A stretch of DNA of 64,000 bases, from contig DF237170.1 of the NCBI GenBank assembly GCA_000708835.1, positions 1 through 64,000 on the forward strand. The letters run 5' to 3'. Each line of letters opens with the position of its first letter. Positions within the stretch are counted from its first letter, which is position 1. A model generated the notes under the pieces. The model was not told where the DNA came from, made no database searches, and was given only the letters and a program-made list of their open reading frames with translations. This document shows positions 35,101 to 47,010 of the stretch, one piece after another. This DNA comes from Klebsormidium nitens (Eukaryota > Plantae > Klebsormidiophyceae). Made by a program: the position numbers and the translations under genes.

Positions 35101-37935
35101 GTCTTCGAGCAGAAGAACGAGGTCGCGAAGGCGGTGGAGTCGGAGCTCGAGAAGGTCAGGCCCATATTCGGTGCTGCGCAGTTTCTGCTGCAATTCTTTC
35201 CACGTTTCATCTGCTCGTCGTCGTGTGGCATTTTGTTCTCAAGCGGAGGCAGACACTTCTATTTGTAAAGCTTTGTAGCAGGGTTGCCCTTTCCTTATCC
35301 TGGAGTTGGTTTTCTTCGGCCCGATGACGTTGAAATGTTCATCGTTGCTGCTCCCTAAGTGGGACCCCAGGGTTTGAGGTTGTTTCGTCTGAGCGTTTAG
35401 GTCGAGCATGTACTCTCGAGGTCGCTTATGCAAATAGCTGACGGGCCGAGATGGTCCAGCTACTGATTTCTGAGGGATCTTGAAAGATCGAGTTAGCAGG
35501 AAAGTACATGCAGGACTTCATGGTTCCGTGGACTTGCCTTGCTTGAGCTGGGCATGTCTAAGGCTGCTGAAAATTTATTTTTGGCCTTCTCACAGCTTCA
35601 CGGAAGAATCTGTTCCAGGCAGATTTACCGGAGGGGTTACTCGGCTTTCGCACCCAACAAACTGGAACCTCGAGCAGGCCAGGCTGCTCTGCACGTCCTC
35701 ATCATCCATTGCATTCTTCAATGTCTCGTTTTTTTCAGCAAGTACATGATCGAGCTGATGGTTTTCTGCTGACGCAGGCGATGAGTGCCTACGGGTACAA
35801 CATTGTCCAGACCCTGATTGTGGACATCGAGCCGGACCTCCAAGTCAAGAGGGCCATGAACGAGATCAACGCCGGTAAGTTCCCTCTTCCCTCCGTCCTT
35901 GTTATCTGGTTTAGGCGGGTCTGTCTCTGTTCAACTTCTTATCTCGTCTTGCTGTGGTTTCCTCCCAGCTTGGATCGACACGGCAGCGTCTGCGAATGTC
36001 AAGATAGTTGAGCTTGGACTGTTTTGAGTCACGTCGCAGTCTCAGCACGTCCCGTCTTTTTCTAGCAAGCGTAGCACGGTGTTGACGAAGGCGGAAAGGA
36101 AGGACGGAGCTCGGATGGTAATTACACTTGCTCCTCACCGCGCCTTTAACGTCGTTTCCCGTGACGTCATCCCTCGCGGCACTTTGCAGCCGGGTTGGCA
36201 AAGAAGGGACCAAACACAGAAAAATAGCCTGTGCACCCAACAAAAGCTGTGCTATGCTAATCGTAGATGGTCAGATCTTCGACGGAGTCGTTCATTCGTG
36301 ACGTCATTTCGGGAATTCTGACGTCATTTCTTGCTCCTCTTGGCAGCTGCCCGCATGCGCATGGCCGCGGTGGAGAAGGCGGAGACGGAGAAGATCTTGC
36401 AGGTAAAGCGGGCGGAGGGGGAGGCGGAGAGCAAGTACCTATCCGGGAAGGGTGTGGCCCGGCAACGCCAGGTGGGTGACGTCAGCATTTCGGCGATTCA
36501 GATTACTTCGACAGAACTTGGAGTTTCGGGCTATCCATATCCGTCCTTTATTGTTTGTGTAAGACTTGCAACCCTTGCGCGAACCCAAAACCTGCGATCG
36601 CTTTCCAAAGGCGAACGCACGGTCCAAGATCGTAAAATTGTCAATCATGCTGGCCTCTGACGGTGCAAGTTCCACGGAAAGAGCTGTGGCTCCGGTGGTG
36701 CCACGAGGATGTCAGGCAACGTTCTTGTGTCGAGCGCCTGTCGTTATGGAAGTCCAGGTTGCCGATATGGCCCCCGCCTGCGATGGTGCATCGTCGAGAC
36801 GACGCTTTCTTGCACGCACTCACGAACAGCTTGGCGGTTCTGCCCAGCAAGTGTGCTTCGTCATCAAGACGAGATCATTCTAAATCAACACGGTTTGGAT
36901 ACCGTCCACCGACATGCCCTACATACATGTCAAGAAAGATAATGTGAAGTATATTGTCATCGCACTGGGACGGGTGGGGATAGTTTGGGGGTTAGGGCGG
37001 GTAGGGGTGCAGAGCAGGTGCCTTCTTTTAGGGTTAGCCTTTGAGTGTTACTCGGAACCTATCATCATTGTATCATCATTCTCGTGTTTCATATCCTCTG
37101 CAGTAGTGGTGCCCGGGTTTGCAGCGGTGCCAGCAAACCGCTGGTTGGTTCAAAAGTTGGTCAGCGCGGCTTGTCATCTACTGTGCTTGAGTTCGCTGAC
37201 GTCACATTCTCACCACGCGCTTGTTTTCGCTGACGGCGCGGCGAACCTTCGCGACGTGTGCAGGCCATCGTCGAGGGACTACGCGAGAGCGTGGTGGCGT
37301 TCGCGCACGGCGTGGAGGGCACCTCCCCGAAGGACATCATGGACATGGTTCTGCTAACCCAGGTGGGTCAAGAAGCGGGTTCCAAACCGCTGGGCGTTTC
37401 TTTTCCCCAACTCTTTTGTCACCGGCAGAATGAAAAGCCCTTGGTTTCTGGCACCAGGAGAGGCCTCCTCATGATCTCGACCTTTTTCTGAGCTGGTGAG
37501 ACCCCCACTCAAGAGTCTTGCTGTGAAGCACAAGAGAAAGTGCTACACTGGCATGCTTGGTGTGGACTCCGATCTCACCGGCCTCAAAACGACGTGTAGC
37601 TCTATTGCACCCCTGGCGTGAGAAGGTTGGATTAAGAAGTATGCTTGTCTCAAGGAGACGTCTGCTCCTAGTTCCGCCAAGGGCTTCTCTCGAAGAAGTT
37701 TGTGCTTCCAAAGACGTGTGTTAAACCCCAGCTCTCTTCTTCCTTTGACGTTGTTTTAACTTACAGCTCTCGTCCTCTTTTGCAGTATTTCGACACCATG
37801 AAAGAGATCGGGGCACACAACAAGAGCTCGACCGTGTTCATGCCCCACGGCCCAGGTGCGGTTGCTGACGTGGCAAGCCAGATCAGGGCCGGAACGCTCC
37901 AGGCGGCCTCCGTACAAGAGATGGCAAGGGATTGA
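32169..37935 (+). CDS. HIR: Hypersensitive-induced response (HIR) / band-7 SPFH protein, 10 exons
   Basis: Spliced translation [18 protein letters not shown]|EDWGRFSK|ILEPGCHF...[10 protein letters not shown]|DNVFV...QAYVFD|VVRASVPK|[10 protein letters not shown]...|[20 protein letters not shown]...|...[17 protein letters not shown]|AIVEGLRES...|YFDTMKEIG...*; all GT-AG. Confidence 0.96.
36967..37050 (+). repeat. G-rich-core family copy 3, in a HIR intron
   Basis: GGGACGGGTGGGGATAGTTTGGGGGTTAGGGCGGGTAGGGGTGCAGAGCAGGTG aligns base-for-base with 9017-9070; the left flank tcaagaaagataat resembles the arm of copy 1. Confidence 0.8.
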
Positions 37936-38732
37936 GAAAAAAGTCGAATACAAAAACGCTGTGCGCGGACGTGCGAAGGACCACCTAAAGAGACTCTCTG
38001 GGCCCTTAGTGTAAGATAGCAAGAGCGGACTTTGTGTCGAACAATAAACGCCCAGGACATTGAGGAGCGTCTCCGAATTCCAGGCAATTGGTTGTTCGCC
38101 GGTTTTACCCGTCGGGGCAGGTCCAACGGCAGAGTCGCTGGTCTCTAGGTCTTTGACGAGCCACCCAACTGATGTGAAGCTGGAGTCCAGCAGCTATTGC
38201 ATCTTTTCTAGAAGGTAGCTTCAGCTTCACTTCATGGATCGCACTTATCCTAGCGATTGAACTTGATTTACTTTTCAAGAGCATGCTCCGGATCGCCTAC
38301 GGTAGTATTAGCAGGCCGCCATGGCCACCCCGCTGCATGCACAGCTCGATCACCATGGTGTATTCTTCGTTACCACGTCAACCTACGGTACCTATTCCAG
38401 AGATTGAATGATGTACCGGGTACCGTCGCGCGACGGGTTTAAGGTAGTATGGCAATTAACCGCCTGCAGAACCCTAGGTCACGTTTCAGGTCACGAAAGG
38501 CCCCGGGCAAACCAAATTGAGTCGAGTTTTTTGCATTAGGTTCGAGGCCCCAAGGGGGTCCTAGGACCCGGATCTTGAGGTGTCTCGACCCCTCGAGCCG
38601 CCCCTGCCAACCGGGGAGTCTTGGCTCTCTTAGAACTGAGGGGGGTCACCACTTAATTTTCGTAGCTCTCATTTGTATGTATAAATGATGGCGGAAAGGG
38701 GCTTGGACAACCTCGGTCCATGCAGGGATATC

Positions 38733-38778
38733 GCCGATTTGTTAGAAGTACAGCCGATTTGTTAGAAGTACAGCCGAT
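38733..38778. repeat. 20-bp tandem repeat x2.3
   Basis: gccgatttgttagaagtaca twice, then gccgat. Confidence 0.85.
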
Positions 38779-39537
38779 GATTGGTCCAGCTCGAGCCCTT
38801 TACACGTGCACACGAATCCATGAGCATGTACATGTCATGCCTTTGATCAAACTGTACATCAGACTTCCTTCCCCTGTCTAGGCGTTCCTACGGTGACTTG
38901 TGGGCCAGGACAATGCATACTGACGGCTCACTGATTTGTACTCACAGAGCTGTAAAGGCGGCTTTGAGCAACCTACTTAACTGGCGGCTAGGTTGCTACA
39001 TTTTGCTCGCTGATGATTTGAGCGGGTATTTTTGATGATCACGTGTACCGTGTGCAGAATGGTGGTATCCCAAAGCTTCCAAGGCAAGCTTTGGTTGACT
39101 TCCGCAATACATGGGCCAAAGTATTCCCTTACGGCGCACGTTTACGTCGAAGTAACATTCCAATTGAATCACTTCAATCGTTTCTGTTGACGCAAACGTA
39201 ATCGAGTGGTTACGGATGTGAGGCAATTATGATGAAATTCACTGACAGGCACGACAAGTATGATGCCTCAAGAACCTGAGGGACGTCTGATACTTTATGG
39301 TACACCAGTAGAATTGCTAGCCTCTCCCTATTCTTTACAGGTCTACAGGAACTACACTTACTTATCTCCTGACATCGGCTTACACACCGGAGGGAGCGAA
39401 CATTGAAGTCCGAGGAAAAATATACAAATTCGCCTCCAGAACATTTTGGAAAAGTGCGTCCAGGTCTCCTCCACATACAAGTGCGTCCATCCATGGCCCA
39501 TTACTATGTTTGCGAAAGAACTCCTGCTTATTTACGG

Positions 39538-40260
39538 TTAACCTAAGAGCTTTCTCTCGCAATCATAGGCTGCTCTCGCCAGCTCTTGGACTGATCTGCC
39601 CATTGTTTTAAAGCTAAAGTTGTCCTTCTCTTTCTCATAATCGTTACATTCGCCGCACCTAATGATCCCCGTCCCCCAGTCCCTCTCGAAAGTTGCCGAA
39701 CCAATAAGAATTATCTTAGTGTTGCAACGGTTGTTGGGGCGATGCGTGCGGTAGTTATTGCATCGAACGACAGATTTAGGCAGCTTCTCGAGTCTCTTGA
39801 TCAACTCAATGTCTTCGGTCAGCGCATCCCGCTCCGCTTGAAGCTTCTCTTTTTCGTCGTTCGCCCCCCTGATCTGTTCTTTCAACTGAAGAACTTCTGC
39901 CTCGTGTTCCTCCTTCATCTTGCGGACTTCTGAAGCGTGCTCGGAAATGATGGCGTTAAGTTCTTTCTCCACCCCCTCGCAACAGAGGTATCTTGCGGTT
40001 GCTCTCAGCATGGCCAGCTCTGCGCTCGATATCCTAGATACCTCCAGCCCCAAGTCGGTCGTGCCATGCATGACCGAGAAAATGACGCGAAAACACACAG
40101 GATCCACGTCCAAATAGGGTAATCCGTTTACCTTCTGGTGAGGAATCTCTGACGTGAGCATCCTAGAAAGGAGCCAGTCGTGGGAGAGGCACTTCTCTCT
40201 CTCTAGAACAAAGAGAGTTCCTTGGATGGACACTTTCAGGAGAGAGAGGTCCTCCGCCAT
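39538..40260 (-). CDS. Intronless BTB/POZ (KCTD/T1-like) protein with a coiled coil and Cys-containing C-terminus, 240 aa
   Basis: LKVSIQGTLFVLEREK...WLLSRML...PYLDVDPVCFRVIFSVM...ATARYL is a BTB-type pattern; heptad-rich middle; C-terminal CGEC. Confidence 0.75.
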   Translation of the reverse strand: MAEDLSLLKVSIQGTLFVLEREKCLSHDWLLSRMLTSEIPHQKVNGLPYLDVDPVCFRVIFSVMHGTTDLGLEVSRISSAELAMLRATARYLCCEGVEKELNAIISEHASEVRKMKEEHEAEVLQLKEQIRGANDEKEKLQAERDALTEDIELIKRLEKLPKSVVRCNNYRTHRPNNRCNTKIILIGSATFERDWGTGIIRCGECNDYEKEKDNFSFKTMGRSVQELARAAYDCERKLLG

Positions 40261-40900
40261 GGAAGCGTGTTCACTCCCTAGTGAATAGGGCGGAGCTTAC
40301 GACGGGAAGACACTTCCTGAGATGCCTTTTTAACCAAGGGCTGACGACGCGCGAGCTCTACATTGATCAGCAGATCTTGCGCTCTGTGGTCTTGCTCTCC
40401 AGAAGGAGGGAGACCTGGATACGTGCGCTAAGCCCCCCTGTCTGTTACCCACTCTACAATTCGAATCGAACTGGCAAATCTCTGGTCGGGTCACATCAAC
40501 AAAAATTACGGCCACAAGATGTATTATCTCAGCCGGTGACATGGACCAATCCGACATCAGTCAGAATCATCTGTGGTCCAATCAATCGGGCGACCTGCTA
40601 CTTCTGAGCAGGCCCTAGAGCCACGTCAGTGATCGAGATAAGGTAATAAGCACCAGTGAATCTTATTGGACAAAACCCGATGAGAAACACGGCAGGTAAG
40701 CTGGAAAATTACCCTGTAGACGATCTGTGATTATATCCCTCCTCATTTACGTGCAGAACTGTCAATCTCTGCTCTCGTTCCAAGAGGAGGCCGCCCCAAG
40801 CACGGGCGCTCGAAAAGACTTGACTCATTCTGAGAGAAGAACCAGAACTCTTGAAGACCTTCAAAGTTACGTCGAGGTCACAAGGATTGAAGACGTCACC

Positions 40901-41597
40901 ATGGGGGCTGATGCGCCCTTTCTGAAGGTGTGCATTCAAGGAAGTATGTTTGTTCTGGACAGGGAGAAGTGCCTCTCACAGGATTGGCTTCTTTCGCGGA
41001 TAGTCACGTCAAAGGCTCCTCACGAAATGGTCAACGGGGTGCCTTACCTCGATGTTGATCCCGTCTCTTTCAGGGTGATCCTCTCAATCATGCAAGGCAC
41101 CACTGATGTGGCATTGGAGGTCTCTAGAATGTCAAGCGCGGAGCTGGCTCTCTTGAAGGCAACTGCAAGAACCCTTCTCTTTGACGAGATTGAGGAGCAG
41201 ATCGGATCGATTGAGTCGGAGCACGATGCAGAAGTCTGCAAGCTGAAAGAGGAGATTCAAGAAGAGCCAGCTTGAGATACAGAAGCTCACTTTGGAGAAT
41301 AAGGCGCTGGCCAAGGAGCACGAGATCGTCAAGATTCTGCAGAAGCTGCCCAAATCCATGATCTTGTGCAGGAATAATCGCAGCTATGACTGCAAATATC
41401 GTCAATGTGAGGGAAGAATTCTTCTCATTGGTGCCGGAACCTACGAACGCGCCGGGCTGAGATGCGAGTTGCGCTACCACGATGTATGGCATGAAGCGAA
41501 GCCCAGTGAATTTCGCAATGAGACTGTGGGGGACGGGGCTGACGGGCTGCTGATGGCGGTTCAAGCGTGCGAGAGGAGTCTGAACCCAAACTTATAG
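40901..41597 (+). pseudogene. Inverted paralogue of the BTB gene with a 1-nt frameshift near 41255-41270
   Basis: MGADAPFLKVCIQGSMFVLDREKCLSQDWLLSRI aligns with the neighbour; the frame stops at 41275 but homology continues in another frame (KSQLEIQKLTLENKAL...LQKLPKSMILC...AVQACERSL). Confidence 0.7.
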
Positions 41598-42788
41598 AAT
41601 TCATGGGTGTTGATAAAATCAGCTTTGATTAGGATCCTGAACTGTGATGAATAAGGATTGGGTGGAGGTCCTGGTCAAGCAGTCTTTGCAGGCTTCGAAA
41701 AAGGGTCATATTGAGTCAGCGAGGACTCTGCTTTCGAGGATGTGAATGGGTATTGACTAGATTTCAAAGAAGAGGCTCAGAGAACACGAGATATGATCAT
41801 AGTAGCAGTCAAGTCCTGAATCGCAGCTTGGATAACGCTTTTAGTTGTGATTTGTTCCCAGGATTCTTCAAGTGATTTCTTCTGCCCGTAATCTGCCTGA
41901 AGCAAAACTGTACATCAAAGTTGGCAGCTAGCTGGACCACTGGGCCCCCATGTCCAAACACCCTTGTTTTAGGTCTGATAAATGAAGAACATTTTAGTGC
42001 GACTCGCATGTCTCCCATCAGCCGTTGTTTCTAAAACCTCCCCCCGTTAAAATCTGCTAGAGATGGTTGTTCTGACGTACAGACGGTGCTGTGTCGGACA
42101 CTCTTGAAGTATGCTTTTGGCTTGTGGGCCAAGTAAGCATAGTCTCGAGGCTGCCACAATATGCATGTAATACGATTGAATCAGCATTTAAGTTACCAAC
42201 ATATCAAGTGGTCCGCGATCTGCAAACGGCCACTTAAATTGCGCCCACCTTAAGGCTTGAATTCAAGCTGATAAAATCTTGCTTGAAATATTGCGGCCGC
42301 GGCTTCTTTACCCGATGAATAAGAAAATACGCTTGAATTAAACTCTTAAATAGACGTTGATTCACAGAGTATGTCCGTCTCGACCCACTCTTCAGGGTTG
42401 ACATGGAGACGGCAGCATGACGTAAAGCAAGTCATGCTGGGTGCGAAGTAAACGTGATGAGTATCATTAACTCCCGTCCGTAACGGCATGCTTTTTGATG
42501 ACGTGCATATACAATTGTGGTAGTCAGCATGAGCCATTTGGGTGAGCTAGGCTTGGTCTCTCATGCATCGATGCGATCCATCAAAGGAAACGCGTACGGT
42601 GACGGCACGGCAAAGTGGTCAGACGCACGGTGACCATCGACTGGAAGCGTAGCCTTCCGCTACGTCAACTTTCTTCAGCTCGAGGGCGAGCTGGGTCCGT
42701 TCACCTGAGGCTCTTTCTCAGGACACTCCTGAGGACCCTATCAAGTGTTTCAGCTTCGCTCATGCCGTCTCTCCGATCAACGGTTGCA

Positions 42789-45700
42789 TCAAACAGATTC
42801 CGCGTGCAACTGTTTCCACTCTCTGATCTCGTTCAAGAGAGCCCGATCCAGCACCAAGTTTCGGTGCTCGAAGTCTAGGTTGGTCAGCGGGGACGTGGTG
42901 TGGGTCTCCAGCCATTTCGCGATGAAACTGCGGTCGTAGTGGTTGCCGTCGGCGGCCAGCACGGGCTCCTCCATGACGTCCTGCACACGGTTATCACAAT
43001 GTTTGGTTACAGATTCCAGGGTGAGGTTTGAGTCTGTGGAAATGGCCCGCAGCCTGGTTAGGCGCCTTCTCGCACAAAATCACCTTGAAAGTTCACGTGA
43101 AGCAATTGTTTGTGGAGAGCGTTTTGAGTGTAACTGAAACAATCTCGCATGGCAATCAGCTTCGTTGGTGAATCATCAACAGCGGTTTCGCTCGAGACTT
43201 CAACAAGCACGTAGTGCAGTTCTGAAACAAGGGCCCGGAGAAGCGAATCGAGTTCCAATTGCGGCGCCGTTTCCTAGAGTGGACGTTGGCTCACCCCTTT
43301 AATATGATCAGGGCAGGAAGCACCCAAACCCGGTTCGGCCTTGAGAGAAAAGGAAAGTCCCATTCCGACAAGCGGGCCTTATTCTGACGGCGTGACAAGA
43401 GTCCACTTACCACCATCTCACCGCAACCAAGTCGAAGCAACGAATCGATCCGTTTCGTAGCAACTCTGGAACGATCCCGCCCTGTCTTTGAACACATCGA
43501 GCATCTCAAAAATTCATTCCCGGAGAAGCGTTGACGCGAGCGCGGCTCTCACCTGGGAGATGGGGCAGATGAATCTGTGCGGTACTTCGTCTCCCGCAGA
43601 CTGCCCGGTCGCTTCGGCAGTCGGACTGAGCGTCTGCGATCTCAGCCCAACTAGTGTCGGCACAACCTCCGTTCGCAGGCTCGGCCGTGCCGCGCGGCTC
43701 GTCTCCGTGCACTGGAGCCCCAGACGCGCGAGCGCGGCCGCGACAGCCGGCGGCCAAACCCCGGCGGACGCGTCGAGAACCGTCTCCAGCCTGTCGGAGC
43801 CCAACGCCTGCAAAGAAGGCTTTCGGTCGCAATTCTGTGAACAGGTCAAGCCCGGGGGTCCTGTGGGGTTAGGCTTGGGGGTGGAGTAGATTTGAAAGTA
43901 AAGCCCTTGAATGCCTGGGCTGATAGGATGGGTCAGGAAGGATCTGGTGTCATTTCCTGGGGACAAGAAGGCCGCTTATATGATATCATTTTTCGGGGAC
44001 AAGAAGGCCGCTACTCTGATGTCATTTTCTGAGGACAAGAAGGCCGCTACTCTAATGTCATTTTCTAGGGACATGCTAAGAAGGCCGCTACTCCGTGCCT
44101 TTGACGTCATTGCTGACGCCTCCGCTGTCGTCCTCTCTAATATCCACGGAACTGAGATATGCTCACCTGCGAGACCGCCTTCCGCAGACCAAGGGGTGCG
44201 CGCGCGGTCAGCAACTGGAGCAGAACGAGCCCAAAGGAGTACACGTCGGAGGCGGGCCCAAAATGGCCCTCGTTCATGTACTCTGGATCAATGTACGCGA
44301 AGGTGCCGACGCCAAAACCCCCGGGCGAAGAGATGTGCGTCGCGGCCGCGAGGTTCGTGCCCGGCGCGAGCTGCGGGGGATCTCAGCGAGGCCCACGTCG
44401 CCCAGCTTGCTGACGAGATTTTGGTCCAGGAGGATGTTGGCGGGCTTGATGTCCCTGGAGAGAAAGGATCGGAGGATGAGATGAAGCTAAACTAAAGAGA
44501 AGGTCGCCCGTTTCAGCAGGACGTAAAAACACGTTTCAGTGGCGAGCTTTTTTGACGGGCCCTTATTTGACTCCAATCACCATAATCAGCAGGCGATACA
44601 ATATCTAAATGAGTTTTGTCTCGCGCTTGACCTGGCTCTCCGGAGCTCTTTGTGAAGGTTCAAAAGAGGGGCAAAGCCTACAATCGACCAGGCATATGAT
44701 ACTTCATGTGCAATCTCCGAAATTGGAAACTCTGGAAACTGGAAAGCTGCGGTCGAGTGGCGTCGATTCGATCGTAGGAACTACTTTCCAAAATACTACC
44801 GGCGCAGAAACTATCCTGATCATGCCATGGCATGAAGGTCAGGTCTCCACAATTCGGGACGTCCTTGAAAGGGGTCGGAAGACTGATTGACTTTGCGTCC
44901 AGGGAGCAAATCACATCAGCGATTAGGAAGGCTGCCTCGCATCCTATAAAACCCTGTACTCAACCCTCTTACATAAGCACGCTTAGCTAGCCACAGCCCC
45001 AGAAACTCGGACCTCGCAAAATCTCCTGATTCTGGAAAGAGTTCTTGACCTCAGGACACAAAGTCGCAGGGAATGGATTCTGCACGCGCTATAAGAGCCG
45101 GTCAAAATATTTTAAAGCAGCTCCAACTCACCGGTGGATGATCGGGGCGGGCCTCGCGGAGTGCAGGTACAGCAGCGCCACCGCGACCTCCGCCGCAATC
45201 CGCACGCGCGTCTGCCACGTCAGCGCCGGGCTGCCCCCGGTTCGCAGCAGCCGCTCCTCCAGGTTGCCATTTGGCATCAGGTCATACGCCAGACAAATCT
45301 GCGGCTCGAGACACGTGCCTAAGAGCATCGCAATGTTTGGGTGGCGGACTCGACAGTGTACCTGCACTTCTCGTTCGAACTGATCCCTCCCTTGGAGACC
45401 TTCCCCGGTCATAACCTTGATCGCCACTTCGGTGTGATCCAGCACGCCCTTGTAAACCTTCCCGAACCCGCCCTCCCCCAGTACATTCTCCGGCGCCCAA
45501 CCCCCGGTCGCCTGGCTGAGCTCCTTGAACGTGTACCGATTCAACCCGTTGGTGGTGTTCTGGCCGTCTGATGAGCATTTCCCGCCGACGGTTGGCGCCG
45601 CCTCCAGCTTCCACTGAAGCTCTTTAACTTTGGCTCGCTCCGCTCTGATTGCTGCCTGGAGTGCTTCGACTTTTGCCTGCTCCAGAATCAACGTCGCCCG

Positions 45701-47010
45701 CGCCACGTCTGCGGCCTGGGATGCTTTGGCGCTCGTACGAGATGCCTGCAAAGAAAGTGACTTTTGAATGCGGCCGCGATCCGTCCAGGGTGCAGTACCA
45801 CACAAATCCTGTCGCCTTCGGCCGCCCATTCCGAGTCTGCATCACGTGAGGGGGCGTCAACCAAAAAAAAGTCCTCCCGGACGATTTGGCACAAGCAGGA
45901 CATCTTTTTGTGGGATCACCCCTGCGGTCCGTTCCTGGTTGAAGCTGCGGATCTCGCGCCACGTTATCGATCTTACAATAGTCCCTGAAGCGACCCACCT
46001 GCTGTTCCGTTACCAAACCTGGATCACCCAGCGGCGTCATCGCAGTAGAGCAGTAGGGCTGCGGTTGATGTTAGCTTGCAAGCATTCCATTTGCTTGCGT
46101 CTGGTCGGAAACTCAGCCTCTACTCAAAATGCCTCAAACGAGAAAGAGCGTGCTTATATACACTTCTCACACGTTGCTCATCCGACCCGGTCAAAGCTGC
46201 AAGGTCCGTTCTCAGAATTAGTTCATCCACTTACCTTGGCAGCATCGATGACCATTTCAGCCGCAGGACTTCTCTCAAGACGTTTGAGGGCCAGAGCCGC
46301 GGCCCCTCGCACCTCTTCGCTCGAGCTTTCCAGCAGGTCCACTAACCGGCTCACGGCCCCCGGAACAGCAGCAATGACCTCCTGGTTTGCTGGGTCACCC
46401 GCAAGGTTCCCGAGCGCCGCAGCCGCACACGCCTGTGCATCCTGTCTCGAGCTCCCCAGAAGGTCCACTAACCGACCCAGGGCCCCCGAAATAGCAGCAA
46501 TGTCCTTTTTGTTTGCGCTGTCACAAGCAAGATTGCGCAGAGCGCCAGCCGCTTGTGCCTGCACCTCGTCGCTCGAGCTTCCCAGCAGGTCCACTAACCG
46601 ACCCAGGGACCCCGGAACAGCAGCAATGGCCTTTTTATTTGCGCTGTCGTATGCAATATAACAAAGAGCCCAAGCCGCTAGTGCCTGCACCTCGTCGCTC
46701 GGGCTATTCGCAGGTCCACAAAACGACGCAGAGCCCCAGGAACGGCAGCAATGGCCATTTCGTATGCGGCGTCGTTGCTAGCAAGTTTTACCAGGGCCCC
46801 GACGGCGTTTACTCTTATGATTCGGTTCAAGCTTCCCAGAAGATCTACCAACCGACCAAGGGCTTCTGGTATGGCACCGATAGTCTTCCGACTTGTGGCC
46901 TCATCTGCGATACTCTTGATGGCTAAGACAGCTTTACCCTGCACCGCTTCACTTGAGCTTCCCAACAGGTCCACCCACCGCCGGATGTCCTCTTCGGACG
47001 TTGTTTGGAC
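42789..47010 (-). pseudogene. ARM-repeat / coiled-coil / Pelle-RLCK-type kinase / U-box gene with two apparent frameshifts; 5' end not resolved
   Basis: ARM-like repeats (LGRLVDLLGSS..EVQ..AAGALRNLA) at 46235-47010; kinase [46 protein letters not shown]; U-box VPHRFICPISQ|DVMEEPVLAADGNHYDRSFIAKWL..SPLTN; 1-nt deletions at ~46705 and in the G run 44375-44379. Confidence 0.8.
43949..44093. repeat. 36-bp minisatellite x4 in an intron of the U-box kinase gene
   Basis: Unit approx. tcattttctgaggacaagaaggccgctactctaatg; the fourth copy carries a small insertion. Confidence 0.9.

Noticed and set aside
38556-38569. Perfect 14-bp palindrome gggtcctaggaccc (also gcttgaattcaagc at 42255-42268)
   Set aside because: Isolated short palindromes with no associated element or array; chance occurrence is plausible.
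43911-44495. 194-aa plus-strand ORF with a DKKAA peptide repeat
   Set aside because: Product of a 36-bp intronic minisatellite plus the antisense of a kinase exon.
45768-46661. 297-aa plus-strand ORF with internal repeats
   Set aside because: Antisense to the ARM-repeat exon.
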